Below, piece by piece: positions 37,077-49,983 of a DNA stretch of 64,000 bases (its first letter is position 1; each line of letters begins with the position of its first letter). The translations under genes were made by a program, and so were the position numbers. Source of the stretch: Neoechinorhynchus agilis (Eukaryota > Animalia > Acanthocephala); the NCBI GenBank assembly GCA_051530055.1, contig CM121342.1, positions 15,267,480 through 15,331,479 of the forward strand, given 5' to 3'. Below the pieces are notes generated by a model. That model was given only the letters and a program-made list of their open reading frames with translations. It did not search any database and was not told the DNA's origin.

Positions 37077-38759
37077 TGTGAGAAAAACACGGGTTGAATT
37101 TTTTCTAGGTGAAGAAATAAGGTATTCCAATATTTTGTATGTAGGGTAACAAAGATGAGTAGTCACTTTTGGTGATTCATCGTGAGAATCTGTCATTGAA
37201 AGCATTCGTTCCGCCGAAATTCCCCAACGTTTCTGTTGACAGGAGTGATTTAACGCCCATTGTTGCATTTTCACACCAGCTACAAAATGCGGAGTTTAGA
37301 AATTTCGTAGCTCAAAAGAACAGTTCCGTATTTATCCGTGTAGTGTGCGAGGCGATTTGTTGGGTACGCGAAGCGGGGGCGAATGCAGGGAAACGCATGG
37401 TACTCGTGGTAAAATGAAAACAATTACAATTACACTGCAATATTAACTACTTTAGCGCAAATCATTTATCGGCGAATAATCAATAACAAATTTTGCTTTT
37501 TAAAAATAACTACAAATAGTTCCAATTAGATCACATGCTCGCAATACATTTCGGGGTAAAATATCCATAACGATGTAATAGAACTTACATAGGGAATTAT
37601 TGGTTGATAACAACAGTCTAAAAATTTTGTATGTAGAGCGTATCCTCTGCGAACTTCAGTCCACGAATTAAGAGCTAAAAAACAACCTAAAAGAGTATCC
37701 TTTGATCAGATTGATATGGAAATAAATGCTGGTTTTGATTTTAAACGTGAATGGTTCAGAAACGCATCAATTAAGTTTAAAATGAATCCTGAAAATCGAA
37801 TTTCGATCATTAAAATGTATGGGAATAAAGCTGAGGCTTAAAAAGTACGCACCAAACTTTAAGCGAATGACACAAAGACAAGCGCCTTATTTTACCTCTT
37901 TCACCCATGTATTTTAATTTTATGACAGTCTTATATTGTCGCAAACGATGAAAAATTGAAGTTTACGTCCCATCTATAATTCTAAATTTCTATCGGACTT
38001 TCTAAGAATAATTAAACATAACTGTGTTCCTTCTCATGAGAGAAAACCTATGATTATTGTTTTTAGAAAAGTTTAAGCCTGAAATTTTAAATCAGACTAA
38101 TTTTTTATTGACATCGGCAGTAAAGCTGAGTGACGATAATATTAAATTCCGCTCTTTTAAATTTTCCGATCATATTGTCAAAGAACTAATGGGAAAAATA
38201 TTAGAGCTTTAGAAACAAGATTTAAGAGATATCGAAGATTTGAATCCAGCAAAAGATTTATAAGAAACATTGGAAATGCACAAGTATTTTGCTGGGGTTG
38301 ATATATAATTGTCTTTTCAAATTTCTTATCGTCTAAGTTGCTCTTTGCATCGGATGTAATTGCTTATATGTAAATGGTTTTCTTGTCTGAACTTTCATAC
38401 TCTTCTTAAGCACTCTTCTTACACCTATTCGTTCAGTCAGATCTTGAACGTCTTTTATTCTGAAGATTTCTACAAATCCAGCGTATTTGAGGTTACTTAA
38501 TAGTGGATCGAAGCCAAGTCTTTTGATATTTCGGTGGTAGAATAAATAGATCACTGACCTTTTAGTCCTCACTTCACGATTTGTGTTTCCAAGTTTTACA
38601 AAACTCAATATTGATTGCTTGTGGCGTTTCAGTCCTACTTTTTCCGTTCCACGCTCATCCGCAGCTTAAAAAATGCACCCGTCTCCCCTTCTATTTAAAT
38701 TTTCAAATTTAATACTTTTCGTTCACAAATTCCTCCTTTTCGTCCAATTCTGCAACTAT

Positions 38760-38870
38760 CGTCATGATTGTTCGGCAGCTTCCTTGATGACCGCGGCATT
38801 GCCGCGTTGGATCGAAGCCCTGATTCGCTGTATCAGGAAGCCCTCGAGGCGCGCCTCCCGAGTCAATTAT
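38760..38870 (-). mobile_element. Short CRE-like C-terminal fragment
   Basis: FLIQRIRASIQRGNAAVI matches the QRGNA motif that ends RLE-type ORFs. Confidence 0.55.
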
Positions 38871-39071
38871 AGCCTCTTTTTCTATGCGAAATCTTTGTAT
38901 GCATTAACATTCACTGCTATCTCATTTTTCAACTTAGTTTATAACTCTTTTCACCACTTTCCTATAAGAATCACATTTAATAGCGGTTTGGTAATATGGA
39001 TATGCAATAAGATTTAAAATTAAATCAACAAAATTTTAAAAATTCTGCCTAAAAGTATAAAAAATTAGAGG

Positions 39072-39275
39072 TATTGTTTAGGTCTTCACCCGGTAAATGA
39101 TTTTTCTCTATTAAAGACGTTTCGAACCTCGTTGGATTCATCATAAGTTCTAAAATACAACTGGAAGCAAATAATTACTAATCCACTTGTATTTTAGAAC
39201 TGATGATGATATCGACGAGGTTCGAAACGTTTTTAATATAAAATTATTCACTCAGTGAAAACCTAAAGAATAATC
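39072..39275. repeat. Foldback element of two inverted hammerhead-bearing units
   Basis: Arms are reverse complements; each carries CT(G/T)ATGA-T-GA....GGTTC-GAAACGT. Related copies at 44719-44870, 52145-52320, 55040-55140. Confidence 0.8.
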
Positions 39276-42200
39276 CCCATTTTGACATAAGAATGCTGCT
39301 TTTGAGCGATAAAAGATAGAAAAGATGTTGCTAGAAGCATCGGTCTATTAGCAGGGAGATTTAAACATTAAAAACCAACGGCATGAACCTCAGACGGCTG
39401 TTTTTACATTTTCATTGGTTTTATTTGACACAGATAATAAATTTTATATTGCTCGAATCAATTAATGACATTTTATGGCTCCGCTGTAAGAGTTTTGTTT
39501 ATCGTCAAAATTGTCATCAGCTGCTCCCTAATTTTAAGCAAAAAATGTATAGCTTGAGAGCAAATATAGAACTGTTTATGGCGTAAAAAATGAAGGAGTT
39601 TTATTAAATCCGATATTTTCGAGGCACAATATCGTGCCTTTATTAAGGTGATCTGTTGGGGCCATTGAGTTCTGTTCCTTAAATATAATCGACCGTTAAC
39701 GTGTCAAGACAAATAATTCCGTCAGAACAAATATCATCTTCTGGGACATATTAATTTTATTTGCTTAATCTTTAATCTGAAGATGAACAATCTCGGAACT
39801 GATATCGTTTTCCTAGTAGGATTTTAAAATTTAACACGAAGGTCGAATTAACGCTCAATGTATCAAAATCGAACACATTATCGCCTTTAACAAATTATGA
39901 AAACGCATTGCGTTATTTAGTAGCATGAACTTTTAAACATTTTTTAAATTCTTGATGAAGTCAATGCAAGTGAAAACTTCATAGAGCACAAAATTGGTTG
40001 TCGAGCGAACTAGGATACGAAATCCTGGCGACTTCGAAACATTATGAATAACGTACATATTAAGATTTAACCGACGAAGTAATTCAATATCTTCTTTTCT
40101 GTTCTGCTCTCATACTTCTTTAAGGGGTGGAGTCATCGTGACTGAAAATCTGAAGGCACATGAACTCACGAAACGCATTATTTCGGTTCTTTGTAGTCGT
40201 AGAACACCAGTCATCTCAATGAGTGTTCGATACTTCGTCTGAGTAGCACTTTTAGGGAATGAGCTTCTCTATTTTTAAACGAGCATAAACGTATTCTTAA
40301 GAAATGCTCAATCCCACTAAAGTCATGAACACATTTTTAATTTTTCATAAAATATAAAAATAGAAATGTAAACATTTTTTCCTTTGCCTTTTTCGGTCAC
40401 CATTAATCCTAATAATTATTATCTTTTCCGCGTCTCTCGAAAGTTAATGCCCGAAAATTGTGCGCCGTTTAGTCTTGAAGCATTTCTTTGTGCTACAAGT
40501 ACGCAATGTCTTTGCTTAGTAGCTTGGCATTTTCACACGAATCAGATAAAATTATGATAATTTCCGTTCTTCTAAAAATAGCTCCTTAACAAACGTTCAT
40601 CAACCGTAGGAGCTACTGGTGGTAAAAACACGCACAAAGTGCACATCCATCTATTCAAATTGCGATCGCCCTGCCGTGCATCGACCAAAAACTTTTGCCC
40701 ACGTAAAGACATGAGTCACTTTACTACATTTAACTCACTTATAACAAGATGCATAGGTGAGTTTAAAGTTTAAATGGATATTTTTGCTCGTGTTTTCCCT
40801 ACAGTTAGTGTTGCGTTAGGCCAATAAGATGTTTTTATAGGTATGTAATTAAGAAAATCATTTTTTAAGATCAGATGCCAAATCCGGCATTTTTTTCTTA
40901 AACATGGATCATATACAGATTTTTGATTGATGACAACTAGCACAAGTCGTGTTTAATCTGAAAGGCAAGAAATGGCCTCTTAACGATTAATTTCCCTTTT
41001 CATGGATCTCGCAATCAATGTATTCGTACCATTTAAACGAGCAATTAATGACAATTTAATACTAATCGCAAACACCGCCTCACTGCATTTTATGTTTGGT
41101 CTTTTGCTACAACTGCCGTTTGCGTCTAATTAACTTTTGAAAGATCATGAATATCGGCTAATTTATTCCATTTGCCAGTTCATTGATCACACACGCATAA
41201 AGCCTGATCAGCCACCTTTTCGATCCTTTTCTTGACAGACACAAATAAAACAACCGATCCATTCTTCGATTTCAGCTAGACAGAAAACCACTATTGTGAC
41301 GATTTTCGTTTGTAGCTACCTTCCTCCGTCGTAATGTTCTCGGAGGGAAAATGCACTAATTTTGTCATGCTGATCCACCTCCCCGTGAAGCTATCGCCTC
41401 GACTACTTTTGCTTCAAAAATCTTCAATGATGACTGCAACTTGTTTGCTCATCAATTTCACAATTCATCCTCATTTCGCCTTTAAAAGGCTTCTTTAGAA
41501 TGCAAAAACTCTATTATATTTCTCAGGGATTGTAGCAAACTGGACGCTACTTGCTAAATAGTTATAGAGCCATTTTGACGAAAATCATTTCAGCGCATTC
41601 GACGAGTGTCCCTGTATTTTCATTTTCATTTATGGTTGAAACTGGAGATGCCCTAAGCCCAAAACGACGATAATTCTCGATCGATCAAAACTAAGTAGGA
41701 GTTTTAGTTCCGATCGTTGGATTAAATCGTGTTTAAATTCAAATATAGTTGAAACACGTGTACTGCGAAATTCACAATAATTTGCCCTCTAGGATTAAGA
41801 GTCTAAGGTTGTCGTATTATTTGAAACTTCTTTAATGAACATGACTGAAATTTGAAATCTGTTAAAACATTCGAAAATCAGAATATTTTTATCGCCCAGG
41901 ATTCGAGCGACTGTGCACCCTAGAAAGCCCGTAAAAATCACAGGTCTATAAATGTACTTGTTTTACACGCCATTTAAGTTAGTTTTCGGACCTTTTTCGA
42001 GAATGACAATGACAGTCTGATAAATGCTCCTCAGGTAAAGAAAGGAAACATCTAAAAAGTTTATAGTTCCAAAAGTTGACATTTGCACCTTAGGCAAAAG
42101 CCTTTATATGTTGTTGAGACGAAGAAGGCACAAGTTTGACTGTTAAAACACGGATTCTCGACGATTTCGGCGTTCCGCGTGACCAACTAAATTAGTCAGC

Positions 42201-42997
42201 TTGGAAATTTGATTTATATAATACGAATATCCCTCAAGCAAATAGCTCCTAAACGTGCTTCTTTGCCCAAAAATAAAATTCGGATTTTTATGCATACTTA
42301 ATAGATTGTTTCAAAACTTTTGGACATGGAAGCGCTAGTTTAGCTTACTATAGGTTCTTTATCAGAAGATTTAAAAGGCTTCTGCACCTAGTATAGTTTT
42401 TGATTTATTTTTACAAATACCTCTACCAATATTGTAATTGTAAAGATGTTATCCATAGATTGTTATGGTCAAGGCGAAGTAAAGAGAAGTAATTTAAAGT
42501 GTAAATAAAAAACTTAAACAATTCTCAATAAGTCCCACGTAGAGGCACCCCAGCTTGATTGTTGCTCAAACAACACATTCGTCTAATTTCGCACGAAAAC
42601 CGACATTGTTGCCACTGCGCCCGGAATTCCCAGCTATTCATAAATGCTAAAAATTTGAAAAGGTCGAATCTCAACTCTAACCAATATGACAACCATGGAA
42701 ACGCTTTGATATAGAATGAGCTAAGGTAAAGGTTGTCTCTTAAATGAGTCTTACTAAGAAAATGAAGGGAGAACTCATAGCTGCTATAGTCACAAAATGT
42801 ACAGTTTCAGATTATGCTAATGAACTCTCGACCCTCGAAGAGGTAACTATTCGAATTCAAAATTAATGCACAGCTTTACTCCTGGACGTTTTCTGCTTTA
42901 ATTTGGTGAAATGAAGCATTAAAACTATTGGAAATTCGTCAAAATGGAAAAGCATTTTTCGGTTTTGAAAAAGCTACGTCTTAATTCCGCACAAAGT

Positions 42998-43261
42998 AAA
43001 AGTAAATCAATTTTATTCATCTCGCTCATCAAAATTTTTTAGTAATCAAAGGAATACTTCATTTGCGAGTTCGTGAAGGATTTTACTAGATAGAAAAATC
43101 TCGATTGCATTTTAAATGCACAAATTAATATTGTGCGTATAAAATGTAATCGGGATTTTCCTATTTAGTAAAATCCTTCACGAACTCGCAAAAGAAGTAC
43201 TGCATTGATAACTTAAAAATATTTTTTTGATGAGAGAGATGAATAAAATTGATTTACTTTT
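42998..43261. repeat. Near-perfect 264-bp hairpin (foldback/MITE-like)
   Basis: AAAAGTAAATCAATTTTATTCATCTC ... GAGATGAATAAAATTGATTTACTTTT, symmetric about GCACAAATTAATATTGTGC. Confidence 0.9.
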
Positions 43262-44483
43262 ATTCACATTGCCCTCATCAAAACAAACTATGGACAACAT
43301 CTTTAGGAATAAAATAATACTGGTAGAAAAGCATTACTTAGCGTAAATGTTCTTCTTTTCACTCATAATCTTAAAAAAGGCGTTCCGCTGATTTGTGAAA
43401 TCTGCTTAAACATTTCCTGCGATAACTTGAAATGTATAATTACTGTCTTTTCGACAGGCTGATAGTAATTTCCGAATATTTTAAGTCAATATAAACAATT
43501 TTGTGTCTTTCTCTTCTTGTTCTATGTACATTTTATGGAATGAACAGAAATAACTTGTCAATCACTGAATAATTATTCGTGAGAGGGTCGATAAAACGTA
43601 ATTCTAATTTAAAAGAAGTGGCTACGTTGAGCTGGCGAAAAGCTTTTGTGATTTACGTTTGCTTTGACAGTTGCTACGAGCAAGTTCCGATCGATATAAT
43701 GAAAGCTTTTCGTAATGTAGAGACTATTTGTTAAGAACACGGAACTAGTCGAATTTGGGTTGTAGTGCACTTAAAACTAAAAGCACTAAGATTTTTGTTT
43801 ATTTCATCCACTGCGTATCAGTTTTAAAAAACTGAGAACTCCGAACCACACATTTCTTTGTTCCAAAAATTCTCATTTGTTTGCTGGAAAAAGGAACAAT
43901 ATAGAAAATCTCACGAATTGCTTCTAGCAAACTTCCTTCCGGTAAATTCGGTACTCCCCTTGATGTGATTGTGCATAAATACGTAGCAAAAGTACAAAGA
44001 ACAAACTAATTGAACTTGGAAATTAAATGTTAATATTACGACGCTATGTAAGCATTGTATAGGTTTGCATTTAAGACCATAGCCAGCAGTCAACCGCAAA
44101 AACCGCTGAAAATTCCATTAGCGCCCAATAGTTTCGTAATCACTTTTTTAAATTTGGATCTTCAGATGCCCAGCACTTATATCCGGCTAACCGAATCGAG
44201 CAATAAAGTAGGTGATACATTTCGGAGGGGGAGCGTAAGGATCTTATTACATATACATAATTCAGTCAAAGTTATCTTCTTATTCATCCGGCACATCATC
44301 GTCGTCTGTCTCACGTGACACACCAGCGTCAAATCCTAAGAGACCTAACAATAGACGTTCCCGTCAAATCCTGGGAAAAAAGTCCCAGTCGAATACCAAG
44401 AAGAAGGCGTGTAGCTTTTTGCAATTTAAGACAGATAAAGACTTTAGTGTTCCGACTTATAGGACGTTTTTGGAGTCAATGAG

Positions 44484-46160
44484 ATGGTTATAATGGTTGG
44501 ATATAAACCATCGACAGGAATCGATGGAAGCAATGCTCAAAAGAATGAGGAACTTGCTGGCCCTGTACGGGGAATGGCGATGAAGCGGCGAAAGAGGCCT
44601 TTGAAAGGATGGCATAATCGGTGTTATGTTCAATCTAGTCGTATTTATTTCAGCCTTTTAAAATTCCCAGGCACCGACAAAAATGGTCAATCGGATCAAT
44701 AATCAAATTATTCGCTCAAATTATTGTTTAGGTCTACATCCGGTACAAACTGGTGATGAACCCGACGAGGTTCGAAACGTCTTTAATAAATAATCATTTA
44801 CCGGGTGTAAACCTAAACAATAATTCCAATCACATTCCCCGGTACTTCACATATCGACAAATTCGCTCAAAATTCAGCAACCAGATTATATTATGTTCTG
44901 TAGACTTTAAATTAGACCATGAATTTTTTTTGTTGAGTTTTGTTCTAGCACACAACTACGTTATTAGTTGCACCGAAAAACTTTGTTTCGAAAATGAAAT
45001 GTTTCAAGTCTTTTACTCGTCTCGTTGAAATATAAATTAAAACTTCAGCCAAACGATCTTTAATAAGAGTGTAATTTTGTTTAACGCGGAGCATATAAAG
45101 CACTAGTTAAGAATAGTTTCATCGACGATCTTTTGTACAAGTTATTTCTACAGATTATCAGAGCGAGAAAATATTCTAGAAACACATTCTAATTAATTTG
45201 GATCGAACATAAAGCTTTTAAACGTTACTTCGTGATTGAAGACGGATTTTTGCAGTATGGAAAACGTCCGCCCAATGATCCAAAGGTATCAGAAGATTCC
45301 GGAGAGTTGAATTCAACCTACACTTTAATCTTTTTAGTTCCGTTCAAAGATGCACGGTCACTGTGACTTGGCTCAATGTTTTATATCCTACGAAAAGAAC
45401 GGAAATAGAATTTTCATCGATACTGGCGATGAGCCGATCATTATAAGGGTTTGTGTGTTTTCTGAGCAATCCTAAGCTTACGAGTAAAACGATAAGATAA
45501 AGAATCCCACTGCATTTTCCACTTGGGTAACCCGAATAAACGCTCAAAGATTGTCCAGGCAGAAAAGACTCATGAATGAGCGGAATGATTCCATTGATAC
45601 GTAAGTTGTTTGTTTAATATTTCATAGGTATTTTAAGAAACGACCTCCATGTAATGTTTTTTAATTACATAATAATTTTCTTATTTTCGAAGGAACTAAT
45701 ATCGTTGATTTTAATTTGACTTATTTTTTATTTCAGGATAAGTACATCAGTATACGACCGGTCGATAACTCTAAGGAACAAATTGTCATCGATATCGAAC
45801 GAGATATCACAGCTTTCTTCACTCGTGAATTCAGAATCTCTTGGAACAGAGGGAGAAGCGCGATTTGTGTCTAAAGCGAACGAAATTATCACTAGATTCA
45901 TTAACCTGAGAATTTCTTTTGACGAAGCCTTGCGAATCCAAACCCAGCAGGTATTTAAAATTGCACAATGTACGGTGAGTGTCTTTTAAAAACAAAATTA
46001 GGCTTCATTGGGTCCGTCAACGATAGAAAGAATGGAATCGTTGTTCTTCGATGCTCGAGGTGATCTCTCCGATGATTCTGGTGAAAGCTCGGATGGCAAA
46101 GATAATGGCTTAGGAGAAAGGACTCAGAACAGGAACTACCAAGTTTGCCAGTTGTGATAC
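44484..46160 (+). CDS. OSBP-related protein (ORP3/6/7-like) N-terminal part: PH domain, helical region, FFAT-like motif
   Basis: Spliced KRRKRPLKGWHNR / RYFVIEDGFLQYGK / KMHGHCDL...IFIDTG / FSTWVTRINAQRLSRQ follows the ORP3/6/7 PH pattern; SLFFDARG near 46040. Confidence 0.75.
44719..44870 (+). repeat. Foldback/pLTR-like unit with minimal hammerhead motif at 44747-44784, inside the ORP intron
   Basis: AAA-CUGGUGA-U-GAACC(CGACGA)GGUUC-GAAA-CG-U-C-UUU; 26-bp inverted flanks at 44719-44745 / 44799-44824. Confidence 0.75.
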
Positions 46161-46446
46161 ATCAAAATCCGTGCGAGCACGTGCTTTTGTTAATATTCCA
46201 CAAATTTGGTATTATTTGTAAGATTAGTCTTGATTTTAGAAGTCACATTGCCCGAGAAAAGACATACACAAGCGATATTTCAGTTCAAATGATTGATTAC
46301 GTATTCTTAGAGAATATTTTTACGGAAAAAGTGATAAACCTCATAACGGCACAGTAAAATGCTAGCCGTTCAGTTTAATGAATTGTCGCTTAAAAGAAAA
46401 CAACACACATTTAAATCATCAATAGAAAATCCTTCGGGTTAGTCAA

Positions 46447-47780
46447 AGTATAATAGTGGTGAAAATACTCCTGGTAATAGCAAATTTGATTTATCTGAGA
46501 TATTTCGCGAGGTAACCTCGCCTCACCAGTCATCTAAAAATTCGTTTTCCCAATCATGTTTTAAGCTCGAGTGCGCGGGATCGCCAAACCCGAAGTTCGG
46601 GCCAATTATCCGCTCGAACCACCTGTGCTCTACTGCGTTTTCTCCATGATTTTAGTATTGATTTTTAACACGTCGCTGGCTAGAAGTTTCAAGCTAAAAT
46701 TCGCTTTATTTCCTTCCATTGTGTTGGACACAGCGATGCGTAAGGCCTTCAAAACAAGACGTCTTTTTAAGTTTTGCGCTATTTCTATAAAGTTGGTGCC
46801 ACCAAAATCCGCTCGATGCTTGCATGCCTCTTGATGATTAGAAATTGCCGAGGAATGCTCAAATCGACTGCAGGCTTGCTTATGGTGAGCGACCCTTTTC
46901 TCAATGACTTGCATAGTTTGTCTGATATAGACTTTCTCACACTGTTCACAGTGCATTCTATATATCCCACGAGTCGGCTCAGTTTTACCCTTACTCTTGA
47001 ATGTGCTTCTGAGAGCGATTCCTTTAGTATTGTATAGACGAATTCCAGTCTTATAATAGTGTAAATCATTTGATTCGTGTCATCATCAATGAAGTGCACT
47101 CTTTCGAAGCATATAGGCTCTGCAGAAGATTTGTTGTTGTTCGGATGGTATTTGCTGCCTCTGATTTTCCAGTCTATAATCCATTTGGGATATCCCCCCA
47201 TTTTCCAGTTTCTGTACTATTTTCTCTGTGTCCCTAATCCATGCAAATCGAGTAGATGAGATAAGAGATGCTCTTCGGAAGTAGGACGTGACAGCCGAGA
47301 TTTTATACCTCATCGGTTGGTGACTTGACCAGTGCGGTGGTCCCATAGTAAATTCTCCTTGCGATAAAGTGAAGTGCAACTTTGCCTTGTGCAGAACGCT
47401 TGACAAGGACGTCCAGGAACGAGAAGTCACCGTTGATGTTCTCTTCATTGACTGTCCACTGTATGCGCGGATCTTGACTGTTAAGTTCAGCATTTAGTGA
47501 TACTTTGTTGTTGTTTGAATTAGTCAGAATGAATACATCGTCCACATAACGCCACCACCGATTTACATTACTATGAAGCTCCAAGAAAGTGGGCTCCCAA
47601 TTCCGCATGTAGATGTCGGCCAAGGTCGGGGTTAATGGCGATCCCCCCGCGCACTCGAGCTTAAAACATGATTGGGAAAACGAATTTTTAGATGTCTGAT
47701 AAGGCGAGGTTACCTCGCGAAATATCTCCAATAAATCAAATATGCTATTACCGGGAGTATTTTCACCACAATTATACACA
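46447..47780 (-). mobile_element. 5'-truncated Penelope-like element (RT C-half, GIY-YIG) with a 3' pLTR and an inverted pLTR at the truncated 5' end
   Basis: GSPLTPTLADIYM, WWRYVDDVF, FSFLDVLV (RT); CEQCEKVYIRQT...RLVLKAL (GIY-YIG); ~135-bp inverted repeats 46447-46586 / 47637-47775, each with a hammerhead motif. Confidence 0.9.
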
Positions 47781-47857
47781 TTTAAATGCTTTCTGAACAC
47801 ATTCCAAATAAACATTATACTTATTAATTTAACCATTTTTGTTGAAGTTCGCTAGCG

Positions 47858-48865
47858 TCAATTATGCGTTTCTTGCAAACAATAGACTTTTTGTCCGAAT
47901 CCGTCGACAGTACCTTTCGCATATCTGCGCAAAATCTTATGGATTTTCAGTTAAAATAGAAGCACTGACCAACTGCAGTACAATCGTCGTTTCCATTCTC
48001 ACTTGTATAATATTTTAAAACTCGTCTGTATTCAATATATCCAAGTTTCTTGTACAGTTCAATAGCTGGTTGGTTTTTCGCACGAACGAATAAATCGATG
48101 AAGTAGCATTTTTTACTGTGTAAATGAGGAATTAGATCGAGGTGAGAGATTTCCGGATACCTACCTCTCACATGTTTCGTCAATTTTCTGCATCAAAATC
48201 GTAGATAGTCCCATTCGTCTAAATTCTGGTGCTATCGACAGAGCGGATATGTGTCCGTGTAAGTCTTCGCCGAATCCTTCGATCTTCGCCATCACTAGGA
48301 TACTCAAAAAGTAGTCAAAGACAGCGAGTAGCATCTTTGAGGCGCTTTATAATTTAAAAGCTCTAAGGATAAGAAAAAAAAGAAAATATTTCAAGTGCAC
48401 CGGATCGACTTGCCGCGATTAAAGTTAACGTTATTACTTAATCGTTACAAATGTTCAATGTAAGTTTTTGGTATTTGGACAAAACAAACGACAATTGATT
48501 TATGAAATAGAAGATCTTATTTAAGAGATATTACAACTAACCGTATCCTGCAAGGCGTCCGGTAAAACATTCCGCTACCAAAAATAGATCCGGAAAATTG
48601 ATCATGTAATCAGAGCAGATGATGAAGATTGTTTCCCCCATTTAGAAACCATCTACTCTACTTCTATTGAAGATAATATACTGCAGAGAACTAAAGTCAA
48701 ATGGAATGACCGTTTATAAGGCGATCGTGGTTACCAACCGTTTCCGTCATCGGATCTAGGTTTCTACTCGGAAACGGTCGATGTAATTTAGCAATACAAA
48801 ACCCACACTCACATTTGACTCATTCGAATGAGATCCGTTGGAAGAAATGGACGAATAGTGAAATA
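47858..48865 (-). CDS. NAA20: N-alpha-acetyltransferase 20 (NatB catalytic subunit); ATG apparently missing and one non-canonical 58-bp interruption
   Basis: TIRPFLPTDL..SQI|NLDPMTET|FSAVYYLQ..YMINFPDLF..GY|VMAKIEG..HGHISALSIAPEFRRMG|..FIDLFVRAKN..Y|DMRKVLS. Confidence 0.85.
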
Positions 48866-49983
48866 GGTTAAGGTGTCGTAAGTACGCATAGGGTCCCTTT
48901 GGGCCTTCTAAATAGACTTCAAATGTTAAATGTTTAGTCTTTTATTTATATAAATACATCATCGATTTCTTCTGATTCTTTATCTACCATATTTGAAATT
49001 GAGTCGATGAATTTGTCAAGAGAATTATTATCTATAAAGAAAGAATGGCCTTTTAATTTTAAAGCTATGGATTTGTATTCGCTTTAAAGATGTTTCGGGG
49101 TGTTACTCTGTTTTTTGAACAGCACATAAACCCGGCAACCGACGCGAATTCATAGCTCTATTTCTCTTTCACTGCATCCAAAGAACGGTTTTGAAGAATA
49201 CACTCATACCACGCTTTACGGCCTAGATACATTCCATGAAATTTGGCCGCAAAGTAAAAAATTGTATAATGATCGATTATAAAAAAATTCGATGGACTCC
49301 AAATTTGTTAAAACATGGATCATGCCCTCAATCCATGTAATAATAATCAGCAAGTTTTCCATTTTTTCAAGGTTTTTCTTTTGAAAAATTAGACGACTGA
49401 ATTTTATTTTACGAAAAAAGTTAAATCGTTAAGTGACAAAAAAGCAGTAAATTGAAGATATTTCTGAAAAGCGCAACGGTTGTTTCAAAGTTCCAATAGG
49501 GGACATAGTACGACCCAATATGAATGAAAAACCGCCAATGTAAAATTAGTACACCCAATTCACAAACAGTAATTTTAGCATATCGATTTTGCACAAAGAG
49601 AAAGACGAACGAACAAGTGCAAACATCTTCTTTGGTTAATTATTTGATTTCGGAGCATTTAAGACACATTAGATCTGGGGTGTCCTTGTCTAAAATCAGG
49701 ATAAATATCACAGCCTAGAATCTTCACAGGTTGTGTGTGACTATGCTTACTAGGACGTATTACTATAGACGCTATAATCGCAGCCTCAATAATAGCAATA
49801 TTCAAATTTGATAACGGAAGTTCTCAGAATGAATGTTCTTAGCCAGCTATATTTTGGGCCCATTTTCCCTCGCAGGTAAAGGCTATTTTCCCTCAAAGGT
49901 GACACCCATGCAAACAAGGAAAATTCAATCGAGGAAATAAGAAATCAAAAAATATACCCAGCTCATTTAAATGATCGTCATCT

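Noticed and set aside
39700-44400. Genes in the long AT-rich interval
   Set aside because: No ORF or spliced model with recognisable homology could be supported by eye.
44615-45225. Non-canonical first intron of the ORP gene
   Set aside because: A GT-AG pair (GTTATG...CATAAAG) keeps the frame with four extra residues; no need to invoke unusual splicing.
47637-47836. N-terminal extension of ORF 47303-47836 as a novel RT fusion
   Set aside because: The extension is the inverted pLTR and flank read in frame by chance; RT homology starts at GSP.
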